A stretch of 35,493 bases of DNA, taken from IMG/VR virus record IMGVR_UViG_3300020045_002709, positions 1 through 35,493 of that record. One strand, written 5' to 3'. How positions within the stretch are numbered: position 1 is the stretch's first letter; each line of letters starts with the position of its first letter. The notes beneath the pieces were generated by a model. It was not told where the DNA came from. It worked only from the letters and a program-made list of their open reading frames with translations, and searched no databases. Position numbers and translations under genes: made by a program. Of the stretch, positions 17,788-27,203 are shown piece by piece. This stretch comes from a virus. Taxonomy: Duplodnaviria; Caudoviricetes.

Positions 17788-18740
17788 TATGCGGTCAGCA
17801 CTTCAATCACATTCGATTCAAATCCGCCCGTGGTCTTACTTCCAACAGGGCTACCCAATGCGAACAATGCGGAAGGGGTGGAAAGGGAAATGTAATACGT
17901 GGTGGCGGTAGTCAGACCTGCAATCATGAAATTCCCTGCGGAAACGGTAACACCCGAAGGAGTAACGGCTGCACCTGTGGCCTTGTTTGTAACGTCCCAT
18001 GCGCCTGCGGCTGCAAGTTCAGTACCGTACAACGTGCTCATATTGGTGAAATTGGCGGGCAGTATGGCTTTTACAGTGGCGGTCGTAGCGGCTTGGCTGA
18101 CGGCTTTCAACTCAACATCATGGATACCGTGGAGAACATCACCAAGGATTGTCGTTGAAGCGGTCGGATAGCTGTACAGCTTTTCTTGATTCAAGAAAGC
18201 GTCCTCTTCGTTCAGGTACACATTGACAACCATGATAGCCTCCGCTGATCCAGTAGCGGCCTTGATTGGTTCTGTGGTAATCTGACAAGGCATAAACTTA
18301 GCACCCGTTCCGCTTTTACGCATAAAGATGGAGTTCGCTTTGTCCACCATTGCGATAGAGATACCCTTGTTTCCGTTGTATTTGAAGAATTGTTGCAACA
18401 GGTGGATGCCTTTGTTTTTCAACGTGAAGGCGTACATTGGTTTACCTATCGTAACACCACGGAAATTACCATATCCGCTCATCTCTGGAGTTGATGCGGC
18501 TGTGTTATCAACGCAATCATCAACACCGTTCAAGAAAGGAACGACACGGGCAGTCTTGGCGGCCAAAGAAGCTGTTTGCAGGATACCGATGAGAGTGGTA
18601 TCGTCAGCAAGGTTGGCGGCTGTCAAAGCATAGGATTGAGGAGCAAGCATGAAACCCTCAAATCTTTCGGGCATCACCGCACACGCTTCGTATCCCAAAT
18701 TACCCAAATCTTGGGTACAAACATCGGTTAAACTTTGCAT
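17787..18740 (-). CDS. Major tail (tube) protein
   Basis: 317 aa, Ala/Thr rich with an Ig-like C-terminal stretch; lies between head-tail genes and tape measure. Confidence 0.7.
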   Translation of the reverse strand: MQSLTDVCTQDLGNLGYEACAVMPERFEGFMLAPQSYALTAANLADDTTLIGILQTASLAAKTARVVPFLNGVDDCVDNTAASTPEMSGYGNFRGVTIGKPMYAFTLKNKGIHLLQQFFKYNGNKGISIAMVDKANSIFMRKSGTGAKFMPCQITTEPIKAATGSAEAIMVVNVYLNEEDAFLNQEKLYSYPTASTTILGDVLHGIHDVELKAVSQAATTATVKAILPANFTNMSTLYGTELAAAGAWDVTNKATGAAVTPSGVTVSAGNFMIAGLTTATTYYISLSTPSALFALGSPVGSKTTGGFESNVIEVLTA

Positions 18741-18742
18741 AA

Positions 18743-19315
18743 TTAGCAGGTTTTAAGTATTCGTAATTTTAAATTATTGATCTCGATGGCATCAACGAAG
18801 TCCGAGAATTTATTCTCTGTGCCTCCGTATAAGCCTGATTTTCCGTAGAAGTAATGGTCTTTCCTTGTTCCTTTGTCCATGACAACGCATTCCCTAGATA
18901 CTGACAACGCTTCGTACAAAAGTGTATAAAGGTTGTTGAGTATCGGCTTGAATGAATAATCATCCCTTTGTTTTGAAGTCCACAAATTGTTTGAGTTCAC
19001 GGCAAGTACTATTTCACCGATTGACACGGTTTGAAGGTTCGAGTCCTCCGTCTGCGTGACCGTCATCGAATTGGCGTACACGAACGGATAGCGTTTCTTC
19101 GCGTTGGACTGACCAACTGAAAGAAGCTCATTGACCCATTCCTGCGGTGTCGAGTATTTGAACTTGAGTGTGAAGTCGTTTTGTGAAACAGGCAGGCCGA
19201 ACAGCTTTCCATCCTCATTGAGTATCACATTGCCGTTATGGTCGGTAATGTAAAACATCGCCTTGAATTTTGCCTCAATGCGCGCCATAAGGTTGAAAAG
19301 TATGTCTTGTGTCAT
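18743..19315 (-). CDS. Putative tail terminator / head-tail joining protein
   Basis: Synteny; KRYPFV motif. Confidence 0.5.
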   Translation of the reverse strand: MTQDILFNLMARIEAKFKAMFYITDHNGNVILNEDGKLFGLPVSQNDFTLKFKYSTPQEWVNELLSVGQSNAKKRYPFVYANSMTVTQTEDSNLQTVSIGEIVLAVNSNNLWTSKQRDDYSFKPILNNLYTLLYEALSVSRECVVMDKGTRKDHYFYGKSGLYGGTENKFSDFVDAIEINNLKLRILKTC

Positions 19316-19818
19316 ATTCCGAAAACGTTTGTAGGCTCAACGAAGTTTGTCCAGTTGTAGTCCTCTCCAATGTAATCATCCGAATTGTCGAGCATGAAGT
19401 CAATCACACCGTCAATACCGTTGTACATCATTGATACCATTTCGTTCCAAACATCGCAAAGGCGTGAGGCGGTCGCAAGTGTGGCATTCTCTACGTTGGA
19501 CTCTACCGTACCAACACCCGCATTCCTGCGAGTGGTGGCCGTGTAGTAGTGCCAAAAAATGTAATCGGCAACAGGACTGACAAGCAAGGTAGAATCCCAG
19601 AGTCTAGCGATTAAGTCCGTCCACTTGGTAGCGGATGGATCTGCTGCGTAGTCGGTGTACAAAGTGCCTAATAGACGCTTCATAAACTCAACCTCGTAGC
19701 GGTCGATATAACGCTGTAATTCGGTCGTGTTGGAAGTATCCGTATGACCACCGATAGTGATGGTCAAATTAGGGACTTCCGTCGTGCCTTGCTGAAAGTA
19801 TGCTACCGTGGTGTTCAT
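19312..19818 (-). CDS. Putative head-tail adaptor
   Basis: Helical, acidic 168-aa protein; YE.EFMKRLLG.LY; synteny. Confidence 0.6.
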   Translation of the reverse strand: MNTTVAYFQQGTTEVPNLTITIGGHTDTSNTTELQRYIDRYEVEFMKRLLGTLYTDYAADPSATKWTDLIARLWDSTLLVSPVADYIFWHYYTATTRRNAGVGTVESNVENATLATASRLCDVWNEMVSMMYNGIDGVIDFMLDNSDDYIGEDYNWTNFVEPTNVFGI

Positions 19819-20267
19819 TGTTTGAACGATGCTTTTAGGAACGTGGTTTTTACTTTTCCGCTTGCAGGGGTTACCAAGATATTGAAGTATCGGTAAATCT
19901 GTCCTGTGGATGCTTCAGAGTAGGTTAATGTGGTGTCCGAGCCTGTGCCTCGATAATTGAGCGTTGTAATTGTAGTGTAGGTATCCGTATCGAACACTTT
20001 ACCCTGCAAAGCAACAGCAACGGGGGTAGCTGCTGTAACTGCGCTGACTTCCGTCAATTTGAAGCGGATGTTGTAGAATACCTTTGAGCCTTTGTTTACC
20101 AACAAGGCTTTAGACCATGTGTTACCAACGGATACGGTGTCAAGGGTTGAACTTCCGACATAGGCGTAAGACCATTGATCGAAAGGCATGGTTACGGTTG
20201 TACCGGATTGAGCCTGTGCGACTGCGAAACCGATAACGGCAATAAGCAATAAAACTAACTTTTTCAT
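19815..20267 (-). CDS. Sec-signal-peptide beta-sandwich protein in the head operon
   Basis: MKKLVLLLIAVIGFAVAQA/Q; ATGA overlaps on both sides. Confidence 0.75.
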   Translation of the reverse strand: MKKLVLLLIAVIGFAVAQAQSGTTVTMPFDQWSYAYVGSSTLDTVSVGNTWSKALLVNKGSKVFYNIRFKLTEVSAVTAATPVAVALQGKVFDTDTYTTITTLNYRGTGSDTTLTYSEASTGQIYRYFNILVTPASGKVKTTFLKASFKQ

Positions 20268-20434
20268 TTCTTTGGTGTTTTGGGTTTAATTTCCTTTGGT
20301 GTTTTGGGTTTAGCATCTGCGTCCACCTCTATTGCATACCCACGGCTTACTAGTAAATTCGTATTGAATATATTGGCGTGGATTTCAACACCCTCACTTA
20401 CGTAAGGGTGTTTTTTGGTGGCTACAATACTCAT
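20264..20434 (-). CDS. 56-aa protein following the capsid gene (not in ORF track)
   Basis: MSIVATKKHPY...LVSRGYA...KPKTPKEIKPKTPKK*; ATGA overlaps on both sides; 19-bp repeat at 20270 and 20294. Confidence 0.7.
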   Translation of the reverse strand: MSIVATKKHPYVSEGVEIHANIFNTNLLVSRGYAIEVDADAKPKTPKEIKPKTPKK

Positions 20435-21699
20435 CCTTGTGGTGCTGCTGTGATAGTGATAACTGCAGCATCAATGTCGGTCACTTTCACAAAGTTATTT
20501 TTGTGAGCCTTCACACGTTGCATTCCGAAGAATTCGCAAAGGATACAATACTGATTGTGAATGAACTGATCATTAATCCAGCCGATTGTGATTTCGGGAG
20601 CTTTGACAAAATTGAATTCTGCCTTTGCAAAAGAGCCTACCAATACGGAACGGTCACCGATATATTCGGTTTCGATGATGCGAGCACCTTTCAATGACTT
20701 GTCCTGTTTTAATACCCAACTTGGGAACAGGTAATCTCCTTGTGCGTTCTTTTGCAGGTCAAGCTCACCGATAAGATCGATAGATACCAACACATTGTCA
20801 GGACGTTGACCACGTACAGCCTTGCGGCTCTGTTGCCATGCAAGCAAAAGGACATCCCAGAAATTGGCGGCTGTGATTTTGGTGCGTGTTCCTGCGGTGA
20901 AGGCTGCCAAATCCAATTCGGTAGCGTAATATCCGTACAGGCCATTGATTTGAGCCGTACCTGTTCCGTTCATGATAGCATCGTTGTACTTGTTCAATAC
21001 CTGATCCACCAAATCTGTGCGTACTTCGTTTTCCAAAGACGGATAGTTCCATTGTGCAATCTTGGAGATAGGAACGTAGGCGGCAATAACCTTGGCGGTA
21101 ACTTCGGCCTCTGTCCAATTGTAATCCATTGCAGGTTTTTCGTTGCCTTCGACAACGTATCCAGGTGCGCCTTCTTTTACGGCACGTTCCATCCATACCC
21201 AAGGATTTGAGCCTTCGCCCAGATTCTTTTCTACGATCAACGAAGAAGGCAGAAATTCGGGAAGGGTGGCGGCTGCATCTACTTCTGTGTCACGTGCGCC
21301 CAAAGACTTCGGAGCAACGATGTTCGACATGGTGATAACACCAGCCTCACGAACGGTAACTTTTACAACACCACCATTGGCAGTACCAAGTATAGCGTCT
21401 TTCTTTTCTTCGATTGCCTGACGGAAAGCACCCCAAAAGCCTGCGTTTTCTTTTGGTGCGTTGCCTGCACGTAGGGATTCGATGGCTTGCATCGTTTCGG
21501 AGTGGCGGGTTGCCAAGGTTTTGTCATCGCCAAAATCGCCCATCTTTTCAGAAATAAGTGCTTTAGCTTTTTCTTCGTCAATGCCTTTCATCGCTCTGAA
21601 AGCATCGTACTGGATGCCCAAGAAGCTGATTTCTTCGGCGGTTAATTCCTTTTTCGCAGCAGAGCGAACGGAATCAATGAAAACTTGTTTTTCGTCCAT
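20431..21699 (-). CDS. Major capsid protein, HK97 fold
   Basis: N-terminal helical scaffold region; YVVEGNEKP, KVIAAYVPISK, IMNGTG, KNAQGDY, VGSF. Confidence 0.92.
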   Translation of the reverse strand: MDEKQVFIDSVRSAAKKELTAEEISFLGIQYDAFRAMKGIDEEKAKALISEKMGDFGDDKTLATRHSETMQAIESLRAGNAPKENAGFWGAFRQAIEEKKDAILGTANGGVVKVTVREAGVITMSNIVAPKSLGARDTEVDAAATLPEFLPSSLIVEKNLGEGSNPWVWMERAVKEGAPGYVVEGNEKPAMDYNWTEAEVTAKVIAAYVPISKIAQWNYPSLENEVRTDLVDQVLNKYNDAIMNGTGTAQINGLYGYYATELDLAAFTAGTRTKITAANFWDVLLLAWQQSRKAVRGQRPDNVLVSIDLIGELDLQKNAQGDYLFPSWVLKQDKSLKGARIIETEYIGDRSVLVGSFAKAEFNFVKAPEITIGWINDQFIHNQYCILCEFFGMQRVKAHKNNFVKVTDIDAAVITITAAPQG

Positions 21700-21701
21700 T
21701 T

Positions 21702-22310
21702 TTAAAATTTGTTAATGATTGAATTGAGAAAATTTTCAGGTTCGTTCTCCTGTTTTATCGTAAGGTCACGTACAACCGTATCGGCTGAACGGACGGTAGT
21801 ACAGTTTACATCGGCAGGTTCTGGAGCAATTGCAAGGTGCATCGGACTCCACTTTGTTGCCTTGTATTGTGTGACGTTGTTGTTTATCGAACGTTCCACT
21901 TCGTAGATTTTTGCACCGATCGAGAAAGACTTGATAACTTCGTCTTGAATATCCTGCCAAAGTGCTTCGTCAGCACGTGCCCCAAGTTTAATTTTGGCTG
22001 TGCATCCACGTTCGGATAGGGTGTATTCCTTTGAAATACCAAGTACGCTCATCGTGCTTCTATCCCAATGTGAAGGGAACAAAGCAATACCAGCATCTAG
22101 TCGAGCCGTTTCGATAGCGGTAGCATCCATTGAGAATACCTCGTCATAGGTTTCTGGTTCGCCCTGATAGGTGTCCTTGTACTTGTAATCCCTGTAACGT
22201 ACCGGAGCATCGGTAAACATGACAACATCAAAAGACCTTTCTTCTTTATTGATGGAGTCTTTTACGATGGATGCCCGCATAGTGTGACCGTTAAATTCAA
22301 TTTTTTCCAT
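21702..22310 (-). CDS. Prohead maturation protease (HK97/U35-like)
   Basis: LFPSH, FSIG and PAD motifs; between portal and capsid. Confidence 0.82.
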   Translation of the reverse strand: MEKIEFNGHTMRASIVKDSINKEERSFDVVMFTDAPVRYRDYKYKDTYQGEPETYDEVFSMDATAIETARLDAGIALFPSHWDRSTMSVLGISKEYTLSERGCTAKIKLGARADEALWQDIQDEVIKSFSIGAKIYEVERSINNNVTQYKATKWSPMHLAIAPEPADVNCTTVRSADTVVRDLTIKQENEPENFLNSIINKF

Positions 22311-23538
22311 AGCGTGCTAGTATTTGTTTCTTTATTTCTTTGATTGCTGCATCATCTTCGCCAGCCAATGCGTTAAGGTTTTCAATCAAGGCTTTATCAG
22401 ACTGCAATTCTTTGAGTCTGTTTTCTTCCAAGAATCCAACGCCTTCGGTCTTAATGGTAAGATAGCCATCCTTAACGTGTGCTGCTAGTGTATAATCCCT
22501 GCAAAATGCCTGAGTTAAAGGTATTGCAACATCATTCATTAGTTTGGCCTCTGCCACTTCTTTGTTCGTGAACGTAGTACCGTCTTTAGTTGGCAATAAG
22601 TCGCGATCAACCTCTAGTATGCCTGCTATTGCGTAACCGTCAGCCGTTGCCTCTGTGTACGGCTCAAGGTCTTTAATCGTTGCTAGGGTGTTGATGGCCT
22701 CTAGTGGTATGCTTGAAATAGCTTTAATACTCTTTGTACCTACCAATCCGTTACGTGCGTTAATATCATCGCTTATAGTTTGGCGGTCGGTAGGATTGAC
22801 GGCTTGATCAAGCGAGCTTTTATCGTTTCCCTTTGGTGCAATAATTACAGCGTTGCCGTTGTTTACAAAGATGTTGTACCTAGCGGAATAAGAAGCTAGA
22901 AGGTTGTCGATGTTTTGTTTTGCTGCCAATAAAGGAGAACGACAGACATACGGATTGTTTACGTTCCTTGTTAGCATCGTATAACGTGAGTGTACAACCT
23001 TATCTGGTGTAATCTTTTCGTTATTCAGCTTATAGACGTATTCTTTTATTACGTCCTCAATCTTTACGGCTGCCAAATATTTACCACTTGATTTGATCGT
23101 TAGTGTGGTCATATCCGGCTCAAGCAAGAAAATAGCGTTTACCGTGTCGGCTGTTGGCTTCTCTGGGGCACGTGAATACAGATAGCTGTTCCCGTCCGAT
23201 AATTGCGAAAATATGTAATTGTATGCAATATCAGCAAGCGAGTAGTACGGGTTTGGGGTTTCAATCAGCTTTTTTAGGTTCGATGGCATCGGTATTTCCT
23301 TTTCTCCATTCGTCAGGTAGATTGATTCTACCAACTTAGCGCACTTGGAAGCGATTATGTCTATCGGTGTGAATACCTCTGAAAGACTTTTGGCTATTTC
23401 GTATCCGTTATCGTCCGTTATTTCAGTGGGAATGTGCATTGTAGTGGCATTGACTTCTTGGAAAGTCATATGTTGCCCGCCTTGTTGCTCGTATTTTAAG
23501 CCTTCTTTTGCTGAAAATCGGTCTCTAAACCATCCCAT
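22297..23538 (-). CDS. Portal protein
   Basis: PNPY, DGNSYLY, SPL motifs; after TerL. ATG at 23538 preferred over TTG at 23544. Confidence 0.88.
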   Translation of the reverse strand: MGWFRDRFSAKEGLKYEQQGGQHMTFQEVNATTMHIPTEITDDNGYEIAKSLSEVFTPIDIIASKCAKLVESIYLTNGEKEIPMPSNLKKLIETPNPYYSLADIAYNYIFSQLSDGNSYLYSRAPEKPTADTVNAIFLLEPDMTTLTIKSSGKYLAAVKIEDVIKEYVYKLNNEKITPDKVVHSRYTMLTRNVNNPYVCRSPLLAAKQNIDNLLASYSARYNIFVNNGNAVIIAPKGNDKSSLDQAVNPTDRQTISDDINARNGLVGTKSIKAISSIPLEAINTLATIKDLEPYTEATADGYAIAGILEVDRDLLPTKDGTTFTNKEVAEAKLMNDVAIPLTQAFCRDYTLAAHVKDGYLTIKTEGVGFLEENRLKELQSDKALIENLNALAGEDDAAIKEIKKQILARYGKN

Positions 23539-23555
23539 TGGCAATTATTTTTATG

Positions 23556-23592
23556 CAAATATATATCATTTTTATACGCTTTATATCATTTT
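23556..23592 (-). promoter_or_regulatory. Promoter for the head/tail operon with an 11-bp direct repeat
   Basis: Minus strand TATATTTG (23556-23563); TATATCATTTT at 23562 and 23582. Confidence 0.6.
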
Positions 23593-23611
23593 CTGCATAA
23601 ATTTTTACTTT

Positions 23612-25015
23612 TTATCCATAAATCTGCTTTGCGTACTTCAGTTTTATTATCTGGGCGGCTCTACTCAGTACGTCAATAGCGTCCTTTTTATGGTTGTTTT
23701 GCCCTCCTTTGACATACGTTGTCAAGTCCTGCATGAATTGCCTATACTCTACATTCTGTGTTGTTGAGAAAACAAAGTATTTCCGTATAAATTCAAAATT
23801 TGACATGATTCTAACTTCCTTATCCTCGGTCGATGCAAATGGTTTTAGTCTCGTTCCGTGGTGAAGTTTAGATTTTAGGTCGATAACCGAAGCCAATCCA
23901 ACACCGTTTGACTCTACGAACAAATCATCAATCTGATACAACTTGCAACGATCAACAATCTGTGGGGTGTTCGACATTATTCCGTCCGTATTGCAAAGCG
24001 CATCCCTCACGTACACACGTAGGCCGTTTTCCGTCTGCGTAACGTAACAGTAAGGCACGGCAAACTTATCCCCTCCCTTGTCGGCAGGGTCAGCAACAGC
24101 GAACCGGAAGGCGTAATTCTGTGGGTGTACGTTCGACAGGTCATCAAACATCAATTCTGATTTAGGCAGTAGCAACCCTTTGACCTCAATCGGTTCTTGT
24201 TGGTATTCTGCCATCCATGTCATCGAGTCCGCTCCAAGTTCGTCACGTATCTTCAGATACTCGGCTGTGCTTTTAACATTGTCACAAAATGTTTCCCCAT
24301 CAACCAAGGCACGAATAACGACAGACTTCTCAATCTTACCGGATGCCATCGCTTTCCCTATCACGTCCGTATTGCTCCACCTAGTTCCGATGAATATCTC
24401 TGGGCAGTTCTTCTCCATTCGTGAATCATGTGCCGAACCTTTCCACATATCAGTACTTGATTGTACTGCATCACTCAGAGCGTCTGCCATATCTTTGTAT
24501 AGGTCATCCGTCATAGCTACGTTTGCACCGAAGCCGATAATCGAACCACCTACGCCCGCACCAAAGTAGGCTACTTGTTTAGATGTTTCGAGCGTCCAGC
24601 CGTCTATATTCTGCTTGTCGGCCTTTAACCGTATTTCGGGGAATATCTGCGAAAAACGTGGATCACGGATTATTGCCCTGGTATCGTATGAAAACTTGTT
24701 ATACAATGCAGCCGTGCAAGTGTTCCGCATTACAGACAGTTCGGGGAATTGAGCCAACCACCATGCAGCGAATAGGGACGTTATATAGGACTTTCCGGCA
24801 CGTGGAGGCATTGATACGCTAACGGTCATCGCTCGGCCTTCTCTGTAAGCGTCTGCAACTTCTTGGAACAACAGAGCAACGTCCTTTAGGAATCTGCGGT
24901 TGATTCTGAAAAACTCCCAATCCCAATAGCAACAGAACGCCCAAAAATTAACCCGACCTGCACTAAGTAGGACGGGCTTTAATTCCTTGTATAACTGTTC
25001 ATCTTGTTCGGTCAT
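23612..25015 (-). CDS. terL: Terminase large subunit
   Basis: Walker A MPPRAGKS, Walker B AMTDD, IGTRW, YQQEP, nuclease motifs DPA..G.D and DAID. Confidence 0.93.
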   Translation of the reverse strand: MTEQDEQLYKELKPVLLSAGRVNFWAFCCYWDWEFFRINRRFLKDVALLFQEVADAYREGRAMTVSVSMPPRAGKSYITSLFAAWWLAQFPELSVMRNTCTAALYNKFSYDTRAIIRDPRFSQIFPEIRLKADKQNIDGWTLETSKQVAYFGAGVGGSIIGFGANVAMTDDLYKDMADALSDAVQSSTDMWKGSAHDSRMEKNCPEIFIGTRWSNTDVIGKAMASGKIEKSVVIRALVDGETFCDNVKSTAEYLKIRDELGADSMTWMAEYQQEPIEVKGLLLPKSELMFDDLSNVHPQNYAFRFAVADPADKGGDKFAVPYCYVTQTENGLRVYVRDALCNTDGIMSNTPQIVDRCKLYQIDDLFVESNGVGLASVIDLKSKLHHGTRLKPFASTEDKEVRIMSNFEFIRKYFVFSTTQNVEYRQFMQDLTTYVKGGQNNHKKDAIDVLSRAAQIIKLKYAKQIYG

Positions 25016-25088
25016 GCTTACAGTCGTTTGTCTTGGCTCGGTGGTGAATTTACGATTTATGCAAAATTTAGGGGTATAATGTTACGAA

Positions 25089-25568
25089 TTATAACTTATC
25101 AATCAAATCAGATACCTGTTCGGGTTTCAGGTCTTGTACAGATGCCTTAATGTTGGCCTCCATTTCCTTCTTATCCGCAATACCCAATTTCCTAGCTACT
25201 AAGCCAGCATCAAAGCCACCCGTGTACCCATGTTCAACGTTCTGCTTGAAGCATTTGTTTCGTGCCCATGCTGAAATATCAAAAAAGTCTTCGTATCCTT
25301 CTGCCTTTTCGTAGTTGTAAAACGTCTGTGTTGATATGTCTAGGTGGTCACATATGCCTTCAATCAAGTACGGTCGTTGTGTAGGTATCTGAATTATTTC
25401 CCCTGCTCTTTCTCCTGACTTTAAGGCTTCATTCTTGTAGATAGGATTCTGATCGCACCAATCGAAGTACTTCTGAATAGCTTTCTTCCATTCCCCAGGT
25501 GTTGCATAAGCCATTGGCCTGCCTTCTCCGCTATCCTTTGCAAACTGGTTGCCCTTTGGTGCTGCCAT
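25089..25568 (-). CDS. terS: Terminase small subunit (P22 gp3-like)
   Basis: MAAPKGNQF, GRP, YFDWC, RPYLIEGIC..L.IS, ARKLG; upstream of TerL. Confidence 0.85.
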   Translation of the reverse strand: MAAPKGNQFAKDSGEGRPMAYATPGEWKKAIQKYFDWCDQNPIYKNEALKSGERAGEIIQIPTQRPYLIEGICDHLDISTQTFYNYEKAEGYEDFFDISAWARNKCFKQNVEHGYTGGFDAGLVARKLGIADKKEMEANIKASVQDLKPEQVSDLIDKL

Positions 25569-25572
25569 TGTG

Positions 25573-25764
25573 TTACTCTCCTATCCCTTTACAAAAGTTT
25601 TCCAAATTGTCCTGACAAAGTTTAAGCATCTTTTTATCGAGTTTCATTCTTTCTTTCAAAAAATATATCTCGGTTTCAATTGCCTTGATTGAATTTGAAT
25701 AGTACATACATTCATTTTCGCAAGTCTGCTTATATACTTCGTTTCGTTCTTTAAAGTTGTCCAT
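25573..25764 (-). CDS. Hypothetical coiled-coil protein
   Basis: 63 aa, tightly packed. Confidence 0.55.
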   Translation of the reverse strand: MDNFKERNEVYKQTCENECMYYSNSIKAIETEIYFLKERMKLDKKMLKLCQDNLENFCKGIGE

Positions 25765-25766
25765 CT

Positions 25767-25952
25767 CTACAATTGTTTTAGTTCGTCACTCGGCAAATCA
25801 CTGATAGCTCTTTCTTGGTCGATTCTGCCTACAACGTGCATAGCTCCATTGTGCCTTTGCGTTTCTTCGCTGACATTACACAACCTTGATATATCAACAA
25901 TATCACCATTTATACAAGCCTTGCCATTTATTTTATACTTAGCGTTTCTCAT
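25767..25952 (-). CDS. Hypothetical protein
   Basis: 61 aa, tightly packed. Confidence 0.5.
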   Translation of the reverse strand: MRNAKYKINGKACINGDIVDISRLCNVSEETQRHNGAMHVVGRIDQERAISDLPSDELKQL

Positions 25953-26077
25953 TTCTTATCGGTTTTAATCGTTTTTGCGACCTTATTTTTTTCCTTCACC
26001 CTCTTATACCCAAATATTCCCATTAAGCTGTCACAGGCTGCGGAATTGGGTTTGTCGGTGTTGTTTGGGCGGTTCAT
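25949..26077 (-). CDS. 42-aa basic protein (not in ORF track)
   Basis: MNRPNNTDKPNS...IKTDKK*; follows a promoter; ATGA overlap with the next gene. Confidence 0.45.
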   Translation of the reverse strand: MNRPNNTDKPNSAACDSLMGIFGYKRVKEKNKVAKTIKTDKK

Positions 26078-26095
26078 AATTTCGTGATTGAACTA

Positions 26096-26126
26096 CAAAT
26101 ATAAACATTCTCAACCACTTTTCAAA
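26096..26126 (-). promoter_or_regulatory. Bacteroidota -33/-7 promoter for the terminase operon
   Basis: Minus strand TTTG-N19-TATATTTG. Confidence 0.7.
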
Positions 26127-26203
26127 TTATTTTGCGGAATTGTTTTGAATTGCGGACTATTTTGTTTTACTTTGCCTGTATTCAATCGCTTAAAACTCAA
26201 TCC

Positions 26204-26518
26204 ATGACAGTCCAAAAACTGCATATCGGCTGTAATTATCATACCACTTGGCAAAGTAATAAGGCTATGCGGTTCGTCCTTGCTGAAATTGACGGGGATA
26301 AGGTCAGATTAACCACACGAACAACGGGTAAGTCATTTTGGACTAATGCAAAGGATTTGATATTTATCGAATCGAAGTACAACAAACAGAAATCAAAGCG
26401 ACTTCGCAAATTAAATACTGCCATTCTTACTAATAATTGGGTAGAACCTATTGATTTGAATCCCGAAAATACGGCTAAAATTGTGAGCGTTTTAAAATCG
26501 GATGAAGTGCCATATTAA
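26204..26518 (+). CDS. Standalone hypothetical protein (104 aa)
   Basis: Probable ATG at 26204 after CTTAAAACTCAA; weak -7-like box TTACTTTG at 26167. Confidence 0.6.
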   Translation: MTVQKLHIGCNYHTTWQSNKAMRFVLAEIDGDKVRLTTRTTGKSFWTNAKDLIFIESKYNKQKSKRLRKLNTAILTNNWVEPIDLNPENTAKIVSVLKSDEVPY

Positions 26519-26550
26519 AAAAGAAAACCCCAAACTAGGTTCGAGGGGTT
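26517..26550 (-). terminator. Intrinsic terminator on the minus strand
   Basis: AACCCC/GGGGTT stem followed on the minus strand by TTCTTTTTT. Confidence 0.65.
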
Positions 26551-26830
26551 CAAACAACCGTATTGCGTTTCGGTTTTTGCGGTTTTCTTATTCTATCTTA
26601 TTTCTTATAAGTAATTAAATCGGGTAATCATGAACTTTAAGAGAGCAACCAAAACGTAAGAAACCCCTACCCCTTACCATCCTTTTTGATTTGGATGCCC
26701 TTTCGGGTAAGGATAATGGATTGCTTTCTTTTCATTGCTTGTAATTAAATCGGTATAAACAGTCACCCATCGCTTCACAACACATACACGGACGCAATAA
26801 CCCCTGAATTCAATAACCGTTTGTCGTATG
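26520..26830 (-). ncRNA. Candidate structured small RNA of about 310 nt
   Basis: Bounded by a TATATTTG box (26836-26843, minus) and a terminator; no long ORF; nested stems at 26671-26713. Confidence 0.4.
26556..26578 (+). terminator. Possible plus-strand terminator
   Basis: AACCG-N10-CGGTT followed by TTT. Confidence 0.35.
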
Positions 26831-26915
26831 CACTGCAAATATAAGCACAAAACAACCTTTTTTGATGAATATCGAAATATTTAACATTTTTAACTAAAAA
26901 TAAATGCTTTTTTGC

Positions 26916-26949
26916 TTGCATCTGTGCAATCTATTGCATACATTTGTCA
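26916..26949 (+). promoter_or_regulatory. Early promoter 1 with overlapping palindrome
   Basis: TTG-N20-TACATTTG; TGCAAT-ct-ATTGCA at 26925-26938. Confidence 0.7.
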
Positions 26950-26984
26950 TATCAAAATACAACAACACTTAAAAACTCAAAGCC

Positions 26985-27203
26985 ATGACAACCGCCACCG
27001 AATTTGAAATCTACTTTAAAGGATGCTTTTGCACAAGTGTTTCAACGGTCAGCGAATTTAAATCTTTTGTGAAAGACGCATACAAACACAATGAATCTCT
27101 TTTAAGTGATGAATATGCTTCTTATTTGCTTAAAGACGAAAATGGAACTTGGATGTTATTAATGTACAAATCAAAAGGCAAATTTGTAATCAATAAATTT
27201 TAA
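26985..27203 (+). CDS. Hypothetical early protein
   Basis: First ORF after the promoter; 72 aa. Confidence 0.65.
   Translation: MTTATEFEIYFKGCFCTSVSTVSEFKSFVKDAYKHNESLLSDEYASYLLKDENGTWMLLMYKSKGKFVINKF

Noticed and set aside
25060-25070. Promoter between terS and terL (minus TAAATTTTG)
   Set aside because: One base off the TAnnTTTG spacing, with no supporting -33 element.
26133-26155. Paired TGCGG motifs also seen at 33160-33176
   Set aside because: Spacing differs (18 vs 12 bp) and the motif is too short to distinguish from chance.
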